From Mustelus asterias (lineage: Eukaryota): a stretch of DNA of 64,000 bases. The DNA lies in assembly GCF_964213995.1 (NCBI RefSeq), contig NW_027590164.1, positions 868,001 to 932,000 on the forward strand. Reading direction: 5' to 3'. Within the stretch, counting starts at the first letter, position 1; every line of letters starts with the position of its first letter. Made by a program: the position numbers and the translations under genes. The notes under the pieces are model-generated. The model was not told the DNA's origin and did not search any database. It worked only from the letters and a program-made list of their open reading frames with translations. Shown piece after piece: positions 39,301-50,959 of the stretch.

Positions 39301-40600
39301 CATATGTTCAGAAGTGGCCTAGAAAACCAGTCAGTTCAAGGGAATTTGGGACAGACAAAAAGTGCCGGTCTTTGCATCCAAACATCCCATGGAAAGATAA
39401 AGGGAAAGAAAATACAAACATACATGTTCATGTATCGTCTCTCTGAGACATTTCTCAGTTTGCCTGTAATTCTTTCTATCCATCTATCACAATATCCTGA
39501 TGTGTTGGAAAAATCATCATTGTTGCTAACAGGGTGCCAGAGAAGCTGCATGGAATTCCTTTCATTAGAGATGGGCAAAATTCATCTAGATTTACAACTT
39601 TAAAAAAGTAAAGTGCCTCCAGTACTGTTGCTGGGTAGATTTATTTATAAACAGGCCTGATTGACAACGTGAAGGGTTTGAAGTTGGCTTGCAGCCAAGC
39701 GGTCAGTACTGAGGAAACAGATCATTGTTCTGCTGCACAACACCCCCAGATGCTTCCTGTCAATAACTTTGAGCATTTGGCAGAAGGCTGGATTGCTGCC
39801 AAATACTGTGTGGGACAGATTAGCGTGAACCTAAACGGACAAAATGGGATTCAGCCATTTAAACAATAAATGTTTCATTCGCACAAGAAAGACACATTTT
39901 AAATCGTAATCATTCTAATCAAATATTTTCATTCAATGTCCTGTTCATTATGTGAGTAAATAGTATCGCAAAACAATAAAGTTACCAGATGCTTTTTCAT
40001 TTGTATAACTTCCAAGTAAATGCCATTCCAATAATTAAAGTCAGTTTATTAACCACTTCATGAAATGCGAGAGAGAGATGTTGATGGTCCCAATTCCCCA
40101 GTCAATTGAATTCAGTGCAATGGCATAAAATGCATCGAAATCATATTAAGGGAACATCATAAAACTGACATGAACAGCGGGAATTCCTGGAATATTCTGA
40201 ACGTTCTGTATCGCATTTAAACAGCAGCGTCTCTTGTACCTGATTAACACCCTATTCTATTGTACAGTATAATCTGATTCCTGTTATTGAAGAGTTCCAA
40301 TCATAGCTGCCAATAAGTGGAGAAATGATCAGTTCATAACCTGATTCAATGGAAGATAAAACATTTATTCTTGTGATATTGTGCAATGTGCCGCAAAGCC
40401 CTGATATCTTGTGTTCGCAATACCAGCGAATGTTAGAGCCGGTGGCCGATAGAGTGACCTGCAATGATCTGGATGCTGAAGGAGAACTTTATTGATCTCC
40501 GTGTCCGTTCCATTCATTAACTTCTCTGTCAAAAGTCGAGGTTAATTTTATGTTTCTCTGTCAACTCACTATTTAATTATCAGGAGGGCGGGATTCTTAT
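36330..40600 (-). other. Long decayed Mononegavirales L gene, copy 2, directly upstream of the functional VH promoter
   Basis: In L order from high to low coordinate: ISGLCG...INVLSSIE (~40330-40412), LGSYTNEKA (~39990-40016), VRLGSR*...SSLLPNAQSY...DLFPQ (39705-39840), WIERITGKL (~39460-39485), GEIKPD (~38800), ITQHALT (~38610), DPQSE (~38350), S(R/W)gKIFAGVT (36798-36826). Confidence 0.75.
37692..38214. mobile_element. Fold-back Penelope-type element carrying a ~300-bp L-like viral insert (37815-38118)
   Basis: Arms ~37705-37812 and ~38119-38214; absent from the paralog near 22975; degenerate TSD ttcagcactttaat / ctcagtatttcatt; insert reads IPNALGRLSLYPTRC...ILKKLPNPF on the minus strand. 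Confidence 0.75.
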
Positions 40601-41099
40601 TATTTTCAAAGGGCTGTCTTCGAGATTGGGGTCGTTTGACAAATATAAGGAGAAACATTGTATTGTGTGAGAGTTTCTTCTCATCTCCAAACCCAAACTG
40701 TACAGTGATAGGCATCCACACTGTAAATGCAATCACTTTGTTCATACCCCCTCATTTAGTTACAGAAATCGGTAAAACTTCTTCTGATAAATGATGCTTT
40801 ATTATTGTGATGTGACAGAGACCCGGAATTGTTGCAACACAGACTGACGGTCTCTTTATTTTCCACAAATGTTATTTCATCATTTTCAGATTTGTGTTCT
40901 TCTTGGGGGCGTGGTAATAAAATCACCATATTTACAATGGAATTAGTTATTTTAAATAAAGAAATGATGAACTGCAATATCACCATCAGAAATAATGGAG
41001 ACAATACAATGGACATATTCAGCCAAACAAATATCCCGATACAGATAAAATGTCCATTTTAATATTAACCTATTGTAAATCTGGAAGTCCATTCTGTTG

Positions 41100-41285
41100 G
41101 GTGTGGAAGGTGGGACCTGGATCCAGTCGCCGCCTCCAGAAGGGAATCAACAGGCGGCGCCTGGAAAGCCGCCCCCTGCTGCCGGGTATTTAAATGACGC
41201 TCACCGGGACCGGAATCCAACAGTCCGGGAGCTGGTTTGTTCACTGAGTTCCTGACACAACCATTTCCCCCAATTTACCAGAAGG
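41100..41285 (+). promoter_or_regulatory. VH promoter: GC box, TATA-like TATTTAAA (41187-41194), TGACG half-CRE (41195-41199), no octamer
   Basis: Motifs read directly ~90-100 bp upstream of the ATG. Confidence 0.65.
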
Positions 41286-41331
41286 ATGAGGTCGGCGATT
41301 ACTCTCAGTTTGTTGCTGACTTTCTTATCCG
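41286..41331 (+). CDS. IGHV: IgH leader exon MRSAITLSLLLTFLS
   Basis: ATG, hydrophobic signal peptide, phase-1 GTGAGT donor. Confidence 0.95.
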
Positions 41332-41463
41332 GTGAGTAGTTATTTTTCATTGTCCAAGTCTCCCACAGTTACTGTCTCAGTTTTAGTCGATCTCTGTAAT
41401 ATTCCAGAGTCAAAAATCATTACACCAGGATTAATCCTCGGGTTTTTTGATCTATTTTTACAG

Positions 41464-41768
41464 GTGTCCAGACGCAGGTTTTGTTGACTCAGCCAGAGGC
41501 AGAGACCGGGCGTCCCGGAGGCTCCCTGACACTGACCTGTAAAACCAGCGGCTTCGCTCTTAGCAGCGCTTACATGTACTGGATCCGACAGGTTCCCGGG
41601 CAGGGGTTGGAGTGGCTGGTTTACTACTATAGTTCATCTGACAACAGCTACGCCCCAGCAATTAAGGATCGATTTACTGCGTCCAAAGACACTTCAAGCA
41701 ACATCTTCTCTTTGGAAGTGACGAGGCTGAAGACCGAAGACACCGCCATCTATTACTGTGCAAGAGAC
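41464..41768 (+). CDS. IGHV: Functional germline VH exon
   Basis: [27 protein letters not shown]...[13 protein letters not shown]...[11 protein letters not shown]; ttacag acceptor. Confidence 0.98.
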
Positions 41769-41807
41769 CACAGCGAGAGGAACTAGGGATGGACCCGAAC
41801 AAGAACA
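41769..41807 (+). other. VH 23-RSS
   Basis: CACAGCG - 23 nt - ACAAGAACA. Confidence 0.95.
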
Positions 41808-42179
41808 GCTCGAGAGGGAATTCAGCAACTTCCATCATAACCTGAAGGTCAGTGCTTGTTTTAAATATAACACTAACGACAGTGATCAGAACGAAAACAC
41901 AAACCGCTTCTGACAAACCCAACTTAGTGAAAATTAAACATTAAACCAAGAAAACACACAGACATAACGGGCTGAGCTTTTCACTCTGTTTATATTTACT
42001 GTTAACAGTTTCAGCAATTACACACCTGGATATAATGCTCGTTTTAGTATTTCTGACACTTGGAGGAGATGTTTTTAGATTGTGTTTTGTAAACTGTTGC
42101 ATGAAGTGTAAATTACATCACAAATAATGGTCTATTTGAAGTGAATATTGAGCGGCAGTACTGAACAGAAAGTAAGTGC

Positions 42180-42260
42180 AGTTTTTGTGCGAGTGTGTGT
42201 CACTGTGATACTACAGGGGGGTCACAGTGCTGAGCACAGCGACATCCTCATACAAAAACC
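42180..42260 (+). other. DH1 segment (42208-42222, ATACTACAGGGGGGT) with 12/22 RSSs
   Basis: AGTTTTTGT-12-CACTGTG; CACAGTG-22-ACAAAAACC. Confidence 0.95.
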
Positions 42261-42560
42261 TCATGGAAAGAGATTGTTCAAATTGGTAATCAGTACCACA
42301 GCAGGAGTTTCAAAGTAAACGAGGCTTCAGTGAAATAATGTGTGGAAGTAATGTTAGTTTGTGAAAAGGTATAAAAATCTTCCCATAAAATCTATATTTA
42401 CCGATATGCTAAATCTCCACAGAGAGTTTAAAAGCATTCCGATCCCCTTTATAAATACAATGACCAGGACAAGCTGAAATATCTCAGTCACTCGCTCGTG
42501 GATGAGGCAGAATCAGATTTTTGAGACAGCAGTGAAATTAAACAGTTAGCAGTCGGGCAC

Positions 42561-42629
42561 AGTATTTGTCATGCTGTGTCTCACTGTGATAACTGGGGTG
42601 GCACAGCAGTTACTGTCGATACAAAAACC
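42561..42629 (+). other. DH2 segment (42589-42601, ATAACTGGGGTGG) with 12/12 RSSs
   Basis: AGTATTTGT-12-CACTGTG; CACAGCA-12-ACAAAAACC. Confidence 0.95.
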
Positions 42630-42995
42630 CCTCAGCACTAATTGACCGAGACTGGGGCAGTGCTCTGTTTTCCAATCCAGCATTATTTACAGTGCTGTAT
42701 TATTTATGTCCCAGCACTACACAAATAGCGAGAATTAATATGGAAAATGTATGATAACTATTTGATTATCAGTTGGTGTTTTCAGTAACTTGATCATGTG
42801 ATCCTCTATGAAACATAAAACATTAAGGTTATTTACGAAGAGCGAACGGTATCCACCAGTGCAATAATAATTTCATGAACATGCAGTGATTTGCTTTCCC
42901 TCTGGCTTGTGAATTTTTAAAATACTGATGGATTTCTGTCTATTTTGTGCAGAGATGGTTATTGTATGACCCAGCCTCGAGAATGTGACACTGTG

Positions 42996-43043
42996 ACGCC
43001 ATGGGCTACTGGGGACAAGGGACCATGGTGACGGTGACTGCAG
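42996..43043 (+). CDS. IGHJ: JH segment AMGYWGQGTMVTVTA (23-RSS at 42957-42995)
   Basis: GGTTATTGT-23-CACTGTG, WGxG motif, GTAAG donor. Confidence 0.97.
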
Positions 43044-43339
43044 GTAAGAACCATGCATTTATTTAGTCAGTGTTTTATTTGAGTTTTTGTTTTGTACTTT
43101 TTCTCGATTTTATTAATTCATTCGTTCAATGTAATGTGGTTTGGTGGATTCTGTGCTGAAAATCTTTACAATGTTTCATGTGATCCTGCTTAAAATGGGG
43201 GTTATAGAATTCTACTGTTAATTGACAAAAGGCGATACTGAGTGATTCAGTCTCTTGTTGTGATTTGGTGTTTATCTGCTGAGGACATTGTGTGGCTGGG
43301 TTACTTTAAATGCATTCCTTTTGTTAAACAGTTCGGCGT

Positions 43340-45260
43340 TTCTTCAATGTTTAATCTCGGTGACATCTAGTGGCTGCGAGTTGCACCATCTACTGCACAA
43401 GTGTTTGAAATCTAACCCAATATTAACAAAATGTGTTAAAGTTTCTACTTTAATGTTGCGAACATGTTCCGCTTAATCACAATCTGGTTTTGTTATCTCA
43501 TTGTTGTGCTTATTTTAATCATTAGTTGCTTTGGTGATGGTCAGATTGGCTGGATTTTAAATTGAGATTTTCTGCCAATGTGAAATTTGATTCTGTTGCA
43601 ACTGTTTGTAGAATTGAGCTGCTTCTGCATGAACCGGGGTTCAGTCCCTCAGTGCTGCGTGTTTCTGGTGAGGAGGTTGTCTGGCTGGATGACTTTGAAT
43701 AAGTAAAATTTGTGAAATGGTTCGGAGATTCTGCATTGTTTCCACTCGGTGACACTGAGCTGTTACACACTTTGTGATTGAATACAAACAGTCTGCGGGT
43801 TTTAAACTACTTGACGCGTGCCTGCAGACAGAAATCAGGCAGGCTTTATTGTATTTGTATTTTTTTAAATCGTAGCTGATAATTGCAGGTTAAACCAAAC
43901 CATGGTTTATGCCACTCGTCCAAAACATAGTTTACCACAGCATTCACAATTTGGGATACATGCCATGTTTAACCTCGGTGGCATCTGACGGCTGCAGCTT
44001 TTACCCACCCAATATTTTAATATGTTTGAAATCTGTTTGAAATATGACCCAATATGAATAGAATGTGGTAAAATTTCAATTTTAATTTGTTGGACATATT
44101 CCACCTCCTCGCAATGCTATTGCTCTTATTCCAAATTTCTGTTTAGTTCAATCATTCATATATTTGGTGACGAGCTGGTTTGCCGGATTGAATATTGAGA
44201 TTTCCTTGCAATCATATTTTTGATTTTGTTGAATGGATAATTGAGTTGCGTCCCCGTGAAACGGATTCATTCCCTCATTGATGTGTTTTGGTGTGTTTCT
44301 GTTGAGGAGGTTCTGTTGTTGGGTCACTAAGAATGTTTAAAATGTGTGAAATGTTTTGGTGTTTCTGCATTGTTTAACCTCGGTGGCAGTGAGCGGTTAC
44401 ACGTTTTCTGGTTAAATGCAAATAATCTATGAGTTTGAAAATCCTTGTAGGGAGAAAATAAGCAGGTTGTGAAATAAATAAAATAAAGGTATTACAGCAT
44501 TTTAATAAATTTTAACTAACTTAGAAATTAAAATAAATCATGTCTTACAACGCTCAATCGGACACTAAGTAGTTGCTGCAAAAAGAAACTTCTCGTTAAC
44601 AAGTTTGATAGTAAAATTAATATAAATCAAACTGTTATTAATCGGTAACATAACTACATATTCACAAAAGATTATTTTCCATTAATATCATTTCGCATTA
44701 ATCGGCGTTAATAGTTCTGCTGTGCTTTGCATACAATTAACATGACCAGAAAGGTTTCTCGGCTGGAAATATTTTGTGATAATTCCAGAAACTATTTCCA
44801 TGATAACATGCTGTTTCCACAGCAGCGCTCAGTTCAACAAGATACTTTGCATTAATTGTTATATCCCCGATGAAGTTCGCATTCACTTAAATCTGAGTTT
44901 TGGAGAATAATTGGCAATAAAACGCTATTTGGCAATTTTTGTGCCCGATTATTACATTGTTTCTGTGCAGGCGCAGCATTCCTTCCAAGTAATTTGTAGT
45001 TGGATGCAGAGGTAATTAATCACTAATCTCATCCCAAAATTTGTGAAATGGTTTGGTGTTTCTCAATTGTTTCTGTATTGTTTCAACTCGGTGATCCTGA
45101 GCGGTTACAGTTTTTCGAGCTAAATGAAAAAAACAAACTGCGTTTAAACATCCTTGTCAGGATAAAACAAACTGGTATCGGAAAAAATAAAACAAATATA
45201 TATTTGAGCATTTTATTCATGTTAACTGATGCTTGCAGATTAAAGTAAATCATGAATTAC
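43340..45260 (+). repeat. Degenerate ~625-bp tandem duplication in the J-C intron (43340-43905, 43960-44545, partial 45040-45260)
   Basis: Shared blocks such as GTGAAATG..TTCTGCATTGTTT..CTCGGTG..GAGC.GTTACA. Confidence 0.8.
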
Positions 45261-46969
45261 AATTCTTACTGTGTCACTGTACCTCTGTTAGGGACATTAC
45301 ACCCTGGATCTGTTATATCTGATGTGCTCATTTTCAGAAAAAAAATATTTTTTTTGCCTAGTTTTCGAAATTTGAGATAGACAGGGAGAAATAGTTAAAA
45401 GTCGAAGGGAATTTTGAAATGAATATCAGTTTAATTTAAAAGAAGTTATTGATTTTTGTTGTAGTTTGAAAATTGATCAATTAGAATCCCGCAGTTTAAA
45501 TAAATGTGACAGAGTGAACACAGTTTTCTGACAGGTGGAATTCGCTAACACTAAACAATTGTTCATATAATGGTGTTTGAATTGTCGTAAGGTGTCAACA
45601 GAAACTGGCTAGAGATTTGCAATTTAATACTTGAAATTCAAATAATTAATTTTTATAATATTATAATATTTTTATATTAGTAATATTTGCTCTGCATTTA
45701 ATAATCACATCCTGTCTCCCATTACTGCTGAACATAGAATAGAATTATTGGATGAATAAATGACAGAATGGAAGAATTGATTCTATTTGAGCATTATGTT
45801 TAATTAGTATTAAATATTATACTGAAGAAAAAGTCTCGACTTATTTTGTGCATCATGTTTCAGTGTTGCAGAGGATTTGAATCAATTGTCCTCATTGTGT
45901 TTTTCATTGTTTAATTCAGAACTTCTTAATTTAAACAATATGTTCAGTAATTAAATTATATGGATGGTCCAAATTATTAAATCTAGGAAGCAGCTTCATT
46001 GACCTCAAACTGCCAGGCCGTTACAGTATATACAAATTCAGAAACATGCATTCTTAACACGTTTGCAGGTTATAATAAGGCATTTGGAGTAAAAGTGGAA
46101 ATGAAAAAACATGACAATGTTATTCGATTTAAGCAAATGAATTACAGATGTCTGAATTTTTCCATTCAGTAATTTGAAGTTTATTGTTTAAGATTTAATT
46201 GGAACCTAATTACTTCACAATGTTCGAGGCAGGGAAAGTTTTGAATGATTGAAAACTGATTTTATTAGGGAGTACAAATCAGCTAACAGGAAAAGTAACC
46301 GGCAATTAACAAAACAAAATATAATATTGGTGCTAATTAATTCAAAACAAAATACCTTGAATAATGCACGGGCGTGCAAAGTATCATCCGTTTCAGAGAA
46401 TGTTTAATTGTATCGAAAATGAATTAAGAGACAAAACCTTTCTTTCATCAGCTATGCTTAGCTCGATAAGGTGTTTTATCTCGAATATTTTGTTGATTAC
46501 ATTTAATTAAGAAATTCGATCGAATCAGGTAATGATTTTCAATGTAAATGTTTCTTGGTTTATTTAATCCTTACTGTGTCACTGTATCTCTGTCGGGGAC
46601 ATTGAACTGTCCTGAATCTGTTATTTTTGATTCCTAATTTTCAGCGAAATTACATTTTTACATAGTTTTCGAGAAGTGAGACAGACAGAGAGACTTAATT
46701 TAAAATCGACAGGAGTTTTGAAATGAATATCAGTTTTATTTAAAAGAGGTTATTGATTTTCTGTTGCAAATTGATCATTGATCAATTAGAATCAAACAGT
46801 TTGAATTAAATTGACAGATTGATCATACCTACCTGCTGGGAAATCGATTGTTGCACCGTTTGTGTCTGTTCTGTTTCTGCGCGCGTGGTCACTGTGTTGG
46901 GACCAGGAATCTGCCTGACTGGTTGTAAAACTTCTGGTTCCTTCTGCTGTATTTCAGGGAGTGAAATTT

Positions 46970-47260
46970 GATTTATTTCTTCAATAAACTTGTATCTGTG
47001 AGAAATGTGACAGTTTGACTTGATGTTTGGCTCGGCGTCTCAGAAATGAGATCCCTAAAGCATATTGTGACCATCAGAGAGAGCAGAAACGTCAGATTGT
47101 AGAGGGAGATTTGGATGATTTTTAACCAGTGATGTACCGGCCTTGGGAATGTTCGATGAGCAAATGCAAAGTGAGATTTACTATATTGTGCTCCGTAGTA
47201 AAGCAGTCCATGACCTGTTTGGTATGACAGTTGAAGGGTCAAATTCATTTGCATCTTATT
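46970..47260 (-). other. Probable L connector-domain viral fragment in the J-C intron
   Basis: ORF 46973-47254: NLTLQLSYQTGHGLLYYGAQYSKS...TFPRPV (cf. [27 protein letters not shown]...LFPLSI). Confidence 0.55.
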
Positions 47261-47909
47261 TTTAATCTTCTAAACCCATTTTAGAGTCATTTGCTCGGCC
47301 AGAAGTTTTAATCATCAATAATTGTTCCTTGAGAAAGTGTTGATATAAAGCATCCTTGAATAACTGCAATCCATATGCTGCAGGCATCCGCCGTGCTGTT
47401 AGGTGGAAGTTCCAGGATTTTGACCCAGAAGGAACTGAGGTATTGTTTCAAGTCAGGATGGTGTGTGTCTTGGAGGGGAGCTTGCAGGTGGTAGTCTTCA
47501 TATGTGGCTGCTGCCCTTATCCTGTTAGGATATAAAGGCAACGGGTTTGGACAGTGTTTACTATGGAGCCTTGGTGAGTTGCTGCAGTGCATCTTGTATA
47601 TAATACACACTGCTGTCACTGCTTGTTAGTGATGGAGAGAGCGAATAGTGTGAATGAGGGGGCGGATAATCTTGTGGGTGGCTTTGCCCTGGATTGTGTC
47701 ATATTTCTTGAGTTTTTACAGGTTTCCCTCATTGAGTAGGGTGAATTATTCAATTGCGACTGATTGCGAAAGATTTAAATGTTTTTCCAACCCTTAGCCC
47801 GCGCTCCGTATTGTGCTCACTTGTCACTTCCACTTACTGTGTGAATGGGTGAGTATGTGTGGAGTGAGTGTGCTTTTCCAGACTGAATCAGCCAAATAGA
47901 GACTTATAC

Positions 47910-49340
47910 ACATCACACACTCTCACACACATAAATACTCTCATATTCTCTCACACATGCACACACACACACATACATACTCACACTTACTTTCTCTCTC
48001 ATACGGTCTCTCTTACACACCCATACACATTCTCTCTCTCACGTTACACATACACTCTCTCAATACAAATACATACATCGTCTCGCTCTCTCCATCAATC
48101 TCTCACATCCCCATCCACAAAAGCGCTCACATCCCCACACACCCACCCATTTTCTCTTATACACAGACACACACTCTCACATCAGCACAGTCTCACACTC
48201 TCGCGCACGCACTCTCACATGGACTCTCTCCCACTCTCTGTCACACACGCTCAAGCTGTCTCACATTTCTCCACACGCTCTCTCACAATTCCTCTCGCAC
48301 ACGCATCTCTTTCTCTCTCACACACACACACACGCACATATTTCTATTTCTCTTGCGCACACTATCTCACACCTCTACATTCTTGCTCTCACACACTGGC
48401 TCTCTCACAATCACTCTCTCACAAACATAGAACAGGCACACACTCTAACACACACTCTTACACACAGACACAGTCTCTCCCATAAGCACAGTCTCGCGCA
48501 CACATTCGCTCTCACACACACACATGCACTATGCCTCTCACATTCCCTCTTCCGTACACTCTCACTTCGTCTCACACACATTCCGATGCCCTCTCTCACT
48601 CATACGAACACTTGCACATGTATTCTCTCACACAGGCACATATTTCTCTCTATTTCACACGCTCACTCCCTTACACATTGTCCTCTTTTTAGGTCAAACC
48701 AAACCAAGTAAACAAACTCAGATTAAATCAGGACAAAGTAAAAGGGGCAGCTCCCCAAAAAGGAGGGGGAACAGCCCGAACAGAAATCAAAGTACAAAGG
48801 AAACTTAAAAACATCAAATTAAAATGTGATTATTAGGGCCAATAATGCACCCCAACCCCTGCGGTGCCCAGCGGGCGCGGAAAGCGTCAACCTCGCCCGT
48901 GGACACCGCATGCTCCCTCTCCAGGGACACCTGGCCGCGACCGTAGCCGCGGTAGAGGGGAAGACAGTCAGGATGGACGGCCCCCTCGATCGCCCGCAGC
49001 CTGGACCGGTAAATGGCGCGTTTCGCCAGGCCCAGGAGCAGGTTCACGAGGAGGTCGCCATCCCGACCCTCCCCCTTACACATTGTCTCACATGCACAAT
49101 CTTGCTCTCAAACCCTGTCTCTCACAAACACCCTCTCTTTCACACGCACACAATCTCTCACACAGTCTCTCCTTCTCTTACACTCGAACACACATGTATA
49201 TACAATGTATCGCTCTTTAAACACTCCACCTATCACAGACACATGTTCTCTCAACAGTCATTTCACTCACACACACTCACGCATCCATTCTGTCTAAGTT
49301 TCACACTTTTTCTCGCTCACACACACTCTCCCCGCCCCTC

Positions 49341-49371
<31 letters not shown>

Positions 49372-49861
49372 TCAAACACCCCACATTGCTTCTATCTCCC
49401 ACACACATTGTACACATCTTTCGCACTCACACGCCATCCCATGCACAGTTTCACACACTGATGAACATATTATTTTGCTTTCCAATAGGCACTCCCTCTC
49501 ACACACACTGTCTTTCACATGAACACAACACTCTCCCACACACACACCCTCCCTCAAGCACACACACTCTCTTTCACAGACATCGTGTATCTCAAATAGA
49601 TACACTCCTTTTCACATCAACATACACACACTCACACACAGAAGTACTCTTTCACACAGACTCCCCACACACACTCTCCCCGCCCCTCCACACACATACA
49701 TTTTCAAGAAGAGACACACTCTCACACACAAAGAATAACTCTTCAAACACACATTCTGTCTCTCACACACACATTATCTCACACATCCTTTCTCTCACGC
49801 ACACTCTCTCCTCTTGCACGCACAGCCCACTGTCTCACACACGTGCAAACGCATTCTATCA
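47910..49861. repeat. CA/CT low-complexity tract
   Basis: Degenerate (CA)n/(CT)n. Confidence 0.9.
48683..49072 (-). mobile_element. 5'-truncated Tx1/L1-clade LINE 3' end
   Basis: LLVNLLLGLAKRAIYRSR...FRARWAPQG; 15-bp TSD CCCTTACACATTGTC at 48668-48682 and 49073-49087. Confidence 0.8.
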
Positions 49862-50038
49862 NNNNNNNNNNNNNNNNNNNNNNNNNNNNNNNNNNNNNNN
49901 NNNNNNNNNNNNNNNNNNNNNNNNNNNNNNNNNNNNNNNNNNNNNNNNNNNNNNNNNNNNNNNNNNNNNNNNNNNNNNNNNNNNNNNNNNNNNNNNNNNN
50001 NNNNNNNNNNNNNNNNNNNNNNNNNNNNNNNNNNNNNN
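49862..50038. other. Assembly gap (177 N)
   Basis: Run of N. Confidence 1.
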
Positions 50039-50959
50039 CAGAGTGTCTGTCCTTGACACCATAGAGTAGAATCATAGGATGCTACAGTGCAGAAGGAGGC
50101 CATTCAGCCCATCGAGTCTGCACCAATAGCAATCCCACCAAAGCCCTATCCCCATAACCACATGTATCTACCCTAACTAGTCCCCCTGACACAAAGGGGC
50201 AATTTAGCACGGCCAATCCACCGAACCCACACATCTTTGGACTGTGGGAGGAAACAGGCGCACCCGAAGGAAACCCAAACAGACACGGGGGGAACTTGCA
50301 AACTCCACACAGACAGTGACCCAAGTCGGGAATCCAACTCTGAGGCAGCAGCGCTAATCACTGTGCCACTGCCACCGCCACCCCCCCGCCCCCCCACCCC
50401 GATACGCCCCCCACCCCGGTAGCATTTGAATGAGGGTGGGATCAAGGGGCCCGAGTAAAACTAGTCAATAAGAATCGGCGGGAAATTCTTCTCTGTTTGG
50501 AGTCATACTTAGCACAAAGCAACATGGTATTGGTGGTTGGAGGTCAAACATCTAAGTTCAGATTTCACTGCAGGATTTCGGCAGGGGATTGTTTCGGGAC
50601 CAACAATCTTCTACTGCTTCAACAGTGACATTCCCTCCAACATGAGGTCAGAAGTAGGAATTTCCATGTGTTACACCGGACACAAAAACCCAAAAAATAA
50701 GAAGGGAATTGGCTGAGACCAAGGCCGCCTGGCTCCCCAATACTGGTTGATTCCTGTGCGACCCATCCTAGTTTTGCTGTCAGCTTCCCTGCAGCTCCCT
50801 CAGTCTGACTATTTGTTCACTGGTACGTGTTTCTTGAAGAAAGACACCGACATTAAAGCAGCTGCCCGGTGATTTACACATCCCTGTTACTGAAAGCTGA
50901 TCAATGTGGAGAATCGGGAAAAGATCGATGGAGAGGAAGAGGTGGAGGTGGCCCACTGA

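Noticed and set aside
46857-46896. Extra RSS/J in the J-C intron (CACTGTG at 46890)
   Set aside because: No good nonamer at 12 or 22/23 nt and no WGxG segment
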